In this document: positions 59,255 through 64,000 of the stretch, piece after piece
How positions within the stretch are numbered: position 1 is the stretch's first letter
How the letters are laid out: the number at the start of each line of letters is the position of its first letter
From: Macrostomum lignano
Taxonomy: Eukaryota
Assembly: GCA_002269645.1 (NCBI GenBank)
Contig: NIVC01003337.1
Location: forward strand, 39,463-103,462
Length of the DNA stretch: 64,000 nt
Direction: 5' to 3'
Position numbers and translations under genes: made by a program
The notes under the pieces: generated by a model
What the model saw: only the letters and a program-made list of their open reading frames with translations
Database searches by the model: none
What the model was told of the DNA's origin: nothing

Positions 59255-60109
59255 GTCTGCGCAATGGTCTGCAAGTATTGCAGTGGAGAAGGTGCGTAGC
59301 CTGACTACCCCCTATAATTGGCGGAGTTTGCAACAAACTTTACATTTTTGGCCACCTCAAGCGTTAGACAATAAACCTATGGTTGGGCAACCAAGATTTA
59401 ACCGTAAACCAAATTAGTCAAGGATTTTTCACAATATAAATTTCATAATCTGACTATAAAAAATTACATACCATTAGACAGTTTAGTACCGGAGTAGGAA
59501 ACTTACAGGTTATCACTGAAGCTTTTAATTATAGCTCGTAAAGAATTACACGTGGAACAGAGGCGCTCGTTCTGCAATCGGACTCAGCTTTAAATGATCT
59601 ACTCAGATTCGATGCCTCTCATCATTATGTATAGGAGAACTTTTATACTCCCAGCGAATCACCGAAGTCAGCGGGCGCGAGCGGCATTCAAGTGCAAGCG
59701 AACTTCAGCCACTGAGGAGCGGGTAAACACACGGCTCCAGACTATGCACGAAGACTATATATGTAGTTCCCCCAAATTTTATTCCCCGCCAGGGACAGAG
59801 TACAGACTACATGTACAGCAGCCTGTCGCTGCTGCTATGCGGGAGGAGCTGGCGGGCTAGGAAACCGCTGCACATTCAGACAGGGATGCCAAAAGTGCAT
59901 GGCATAGGCAGACTGGCTGAATATTTTAGCAACCTCCAAATCCAGACACGTTTTTTCGTGTCATGTGACCAGACGGAGCTGCAATATCAGAAAGCATAAC
60001 AGTGTACGAATGGGCCAGTTAATTTCAAACAGATATGCGGTTGAACTGCTTGTCCTGTCAGCTTTTAGACAGTTCACTAAGCATTATGAAGTTTATACAC
60101 TGCTAGTTT

Positions 60110-60188
60110 ACAGACAGAAAGACAGACAGACAGACAGACACTGGGACAGGCAGACAGACATACACTCTAATAGACAGACAGGACACGA

Positions 60189-60245
<57 letters not shown>

Positions 60246-60285
60246 TACAGACAAATAGACAGACAGGACACGAAGACAGACACTA

Positions 60286-60374
<89 letters not shown>

Positions 60375-60700
60375 TACAGACAAATAGACAGACAGGACAC
60401 GAAGACAGACAGGACACGAAGACAGACAGGACACGAAGACAGACAGGACACGAAGACAGACAGGACACGAAGACAGACAGGACACGAAGACAGACAGGAC
60501 ACGAAGACAGACAGGACACGAAGACAGACAGAAAGACACTAAGCACTAAGACACACAGACAGACTTTAAGACATACATATACTAAGGCAGACTGACATAC
60601 AGACACTAAAACACACAGAAACTAAGACAGAAAGACACTAAGGCAGACAGACAGACAGATAGACAGACAGACACTAAGATAGACAGACAGACAGGCAGAC
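60110..60700. repeat. (GACA)n microsatellite with 18-bp GACAGACAGGACACGAA-type units
   Basis: Directly visible. Confidence 0.95.
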
Positions 60701-61510
60701 AAACACTAAGGCAGACAAACACACTAAGGCAGACAAACACTAAGGCAGACAAACACACTAAGGCAGACAAACACTAAGGCAGACAAACACACTAAGGCAG
60801 ACAAACACTAAGGCAGACAAACACACTAAGGCAGACAAACACTAAGGCAGACAAACACACTAAGGCAGACAAACACTAAGGCAGACAAACACTAAGGCAG
60901 ACAAACACACTAAGGCAGACAAACACTAAGGCAGACAAACACACTAAGGCAGACAAACACTAAGGCAGACAAACACACTAAGGCAGACAAACACACTAGG
61001 CAGACAAACACACTAGGCAGACAAACACTAAGGCAGACAAACACTAAGGCAGACAAACACACTAAGGCAGACAAACACTAAGGCAGACAAACACACTAAG
61101 GCAGACAAACACTAAGGCAGACAAACACACTAAGGCAGACAAACACACTAGGCAGACAAACACACTAGGCAGACAAACACTAAGGCAGACAAACACTAAG
61201 GCAGACAAACACACTAAGGCAGACAAACACTAAGGCAGACAAACACACTAAGGCAGACAAACACTAAGGCAGACAAACACACTAAGGCAGACAAACACAC
61301 TAAGGCAGACAAACACACTAGGCAGACAAACACACTAAGGCAGACAAACACTAAGGCAGACAAACACTAAGGCAGACAAACACTAAGGCAGACAAACACA
61401 CTAAGGCAGACAAACACTAAGGCAGACAAACACACTAAGGCAGACAAACACTAAGGCAGACAAACACTAAGGCAGACAAACACACTAAGGCAGACAAACA
61501 CTAAGACAGA
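60700..61510. repeat. 15/17-bp minisatellite (ACTAAGGCAGACAAAC[AC])n
   Basis: Directly visible alternating units. Confidence 0.95.
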
Positions 61511-62280
61511 CAGACAGCATGTGGATATGCAGGCAGTCGCACACTGATATGAGATGAATAGTGGCTCTGACTTTCCTACTTTCATGCCTGAAGGATCAGT
61601 CATGTACTGTCATGTACTGTCATGTATTTACACAGTGGGCAGAATCGCATGACAAGCTTTAAGGTCCTGAACTCTAACGCCAGAACCCGAAGCCAGTGAA
61701 GGTTTGCAAGGAATCAAGCTTTAAAAATAGAAAATCGGGTGTGTTTTCTCCCGGCTACCCGGCATCGCACAGCAGTTTTCGCTGTCGCTTTGGAAACATG
61801 ATAACCGTCCGGCGGTTAGCTTACTAATGAGTAGTGAGGAAAGAATCTGAAGCGATTTTGAATCTTCTTTAGGGTGTAGCATTTTTTCACGTCCAGATTT
61901 AAGTGCAATCTACGCTTGAGTTCACAGTTCCGCTGCCAACACAAATACAAGGCCGAAAAAATATGCAGACCTCACAACAAGGACCACTGCATTGAAGTTA
62001 CCGTCGTAACTGTTACGGAACTTCTGGTGGTCCTTGGCTCACAACAGGTCCTACAGGCGCTTTGACGATCGAGACAGATGTAAATTTAGAAACCCTATAT
62101 TATATACTAACAACAGCATACAATTTTCGCTTTCTGCTTGGATTGCAAATTAGTTATTAAAGGCCATTCATGTTTATTGTGACTTGAATTTATTACAACA
62201 GTAAAAAAAAGTACGCGAAGACAGGTTGTCATGCTAGTTTCCATGTAAACTGTTCACTGTCCAACAGGCTCAGGTGTACA

Positions 62281-63360
62281 TTAGCACCGGAGGATCGCCT
62301 TAAAGTGCTGCCTGAACGACTTTATCTGCCTGAACACGATGATGATAGTCAGGGTGCCAGTCCACTGCAGCATCAGGTCGCTGATGTCGTGCAGGTTGAT
62401 AAGGAACCGTGTCTCCACGGGCGCATCCGGGTTCTCCATGGAGTTGTACAGGCCGCGAATGCCGATAATCTTGGGGATGCAGGTCAGGAAGTACACCAGG
62501 TTGATCAGCACGATGGAGAGCGAGGCGGAGGTCTCCTCGCGGCTCAGCTGTGGCCGGCGTGGCTGCGGCCAGCCGCCCGGATTCACAACGCGCCTGCGCT
62601 GCGAGTGATGCTCACGATGCGGCAGGTGATCAAGACATTGACGGCCAGGGCGGGCGCGATAAGCAGAATGGAGGTGTCGCCAGCCACCAGCAGGCGGTAG
62701 ACCATGGCCGCGTAGTAGCTGGCAGACTTGGGCTTGAACACGATGCCGCACAGGATGGAGGAGTTGTAGCCGCGCATCGGGACCGCCGTGTGGCCCATGA
62801 TGACCACCATCGGCAGCGAGACCAGGATGGCCGCGGCCACGCTGGCCAGGACCCCACGAAGGCGTGGTTCCGGGTCAGTCGGTGCGCCCACAGCGGCCAG
62901 TGGACAGTCAGACAGCGGTCGATGGCGCCAGCCAGCAGCACAATGATGACGCACACGGCGCTGAATGCCTGGACAAAGCGCGCCGCTTTGCAGACGCCGT
63001 CGCTGTCGTTCATCAGCAAGTAGCCAGCACTGCCCCGAGTCATGAACGGGACGCCCCTGGCCGGAAGACCCAGGCGAAGCCCCACACCAAAGGACTGGAC
63101 GGTTTGTCGCACAGGCAGAAGGCGCAGAGGTAGACGCTGAAGCGGCTCTCAAGCCGCAGGCGCACGATGCAGACGTAGATGACGAGGCAGTTGCTGACCA
63201 GGCACAGGCCGAACATCAGCGGCAGGCCGTAGGCGGACAGGACGCCCAGCATGGTGGCCAGAGCGCACTGCGCGCTGCTCTGGTCGGCTCGACACTCAAC
63301 CAGCAGGTCCTCCTTCGTGTCCACAAACTGCTGGTTGCTGGCGTAATTTTCAGTTGTCAT
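62281..63360 (-). pseudogene. Intronless rhodopsin-class orphan GPCR (~360 aa if three 1-nt deletions are corrected); pseudogene or assembly errors
   Basis: TM1 GLPLMFGLCLVSNCLVIYV; TM2 FSVYLCAFCLCD; TM3 C..ARFVQAFSAVCVIIVLLAGAIDRCLTVHWP; TM4 LVSLP; TM5-7 follow in successive ORFs. Each frame switch (~63095, ~62865, ~62590) is repaired by adding one base. Confidence 0.8.
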
Positions 63361-64000
63361 GACAACATGCAGTTGGGACTACGCAGAGAGACTATATCGA
63401 TAGTTGCTACCTAGTTTGAAGGCCACAAGAAACCACAAGGAAGCGTGGCCGCTCACAGGTGGGTGGAGTAGGCAGGTAAGTCAGCAGGCTAATATTGAAG
63501 GCGTTGCTGGGCAGCCGATAAAGATAACAGATAACAGCCGCGCTGTTTTTCCAGCAGTCAGGCACGTCCCGTAGGGTCAAGTCAGATAGCCGTGGGCTTT
63601 TAGAGGCAGAATCTGGATGGGAAACTGACCAATGAGGAGGCTGATGGGGGCTACTTTTGGTATTCATGACTTAAAAATATGAATTTTATAAATGTGGTTT
63701 CTTTAAAAATTCTTACGAGAATGATTAGTGCTGTTGGTGTTCTCATTTCGCACCTACAGCAAGTCTATCGATACAAGCGTATAGTCGCAACCCCTCTCGA
63801 TGCTTTGATCATAAGATAGCAACAACTGCTAACTACTTTTGTTTATCTTTGAGCACTTGTGTAGGCCAGGAAAATGGGTGCTATACCCAGCCCAGCCAGC
63901 AATTTCCACTCCTGCAGTTTCTTTATCTAGAGCTCCATGTGAAAGCAGACCATTGCGGCAGTAAGCAATAGGCATTTCGAATGAGCAAAAATAAATGCTC

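Noticed and set aside
60108-60606. CLSV-repeat ORFs
   Set aside because: (GACA)n microsatellite.

Overview
Eukaryotic (metazoan) genomic DNA with short GT-AG introns and dense minisatellites. The overall style suggests a free-living flatworm such as Macrostomum; this is inference only. All recognisable host genes are on the minus strand: a multi-exon ankyrin-repeat gene running off the left edge, a decayed neprilysin/M13-like gene, a 3-exon type II PKA regulatory subunit, two paralogous secreted WSC+PAN/apple-like genes, an intronless rhodopsin-class GPCR with three 1-nt frameshifts, and a family of stonustoxin (SNTX)-like MACPF / TRAFAC-GTPase genes. That family occurs in three architectures: a full MACPF-FN3-GTPase-Cys-rich fusion (54.6-59.3 kb), a copy truncated just after the P-loop (35.6-39.0 kb), and a GTPase-only copy whose Walker A lysine is deleted in frame (7.3-9.3 kb). 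Mobile DNA includes a full-length 5.9-kb LOA/R1-like LINE with an 11-bp TSD inserted in a 20-bp satellite; its first nucleotide coincides with the G1 of a well-formed HDV-like ribozyme. Also present are a 1.04-kb TG..CA LTR-like insertion with an internal tRNA-Leu PBS (its empty site is visible in the paralog), a MITE with a 9-bp TSD, a THAP/P-like transposase relic and a tRNA-derived SINE. Top leads: the pore-former-GTPase cluster (a possible innate-immune system), the LINE ribozyme, and a PKA intron built from about 30 tandem copies of its own splice donor. Gene models, identities and RNA folds were derived by eye; no database searches were run.
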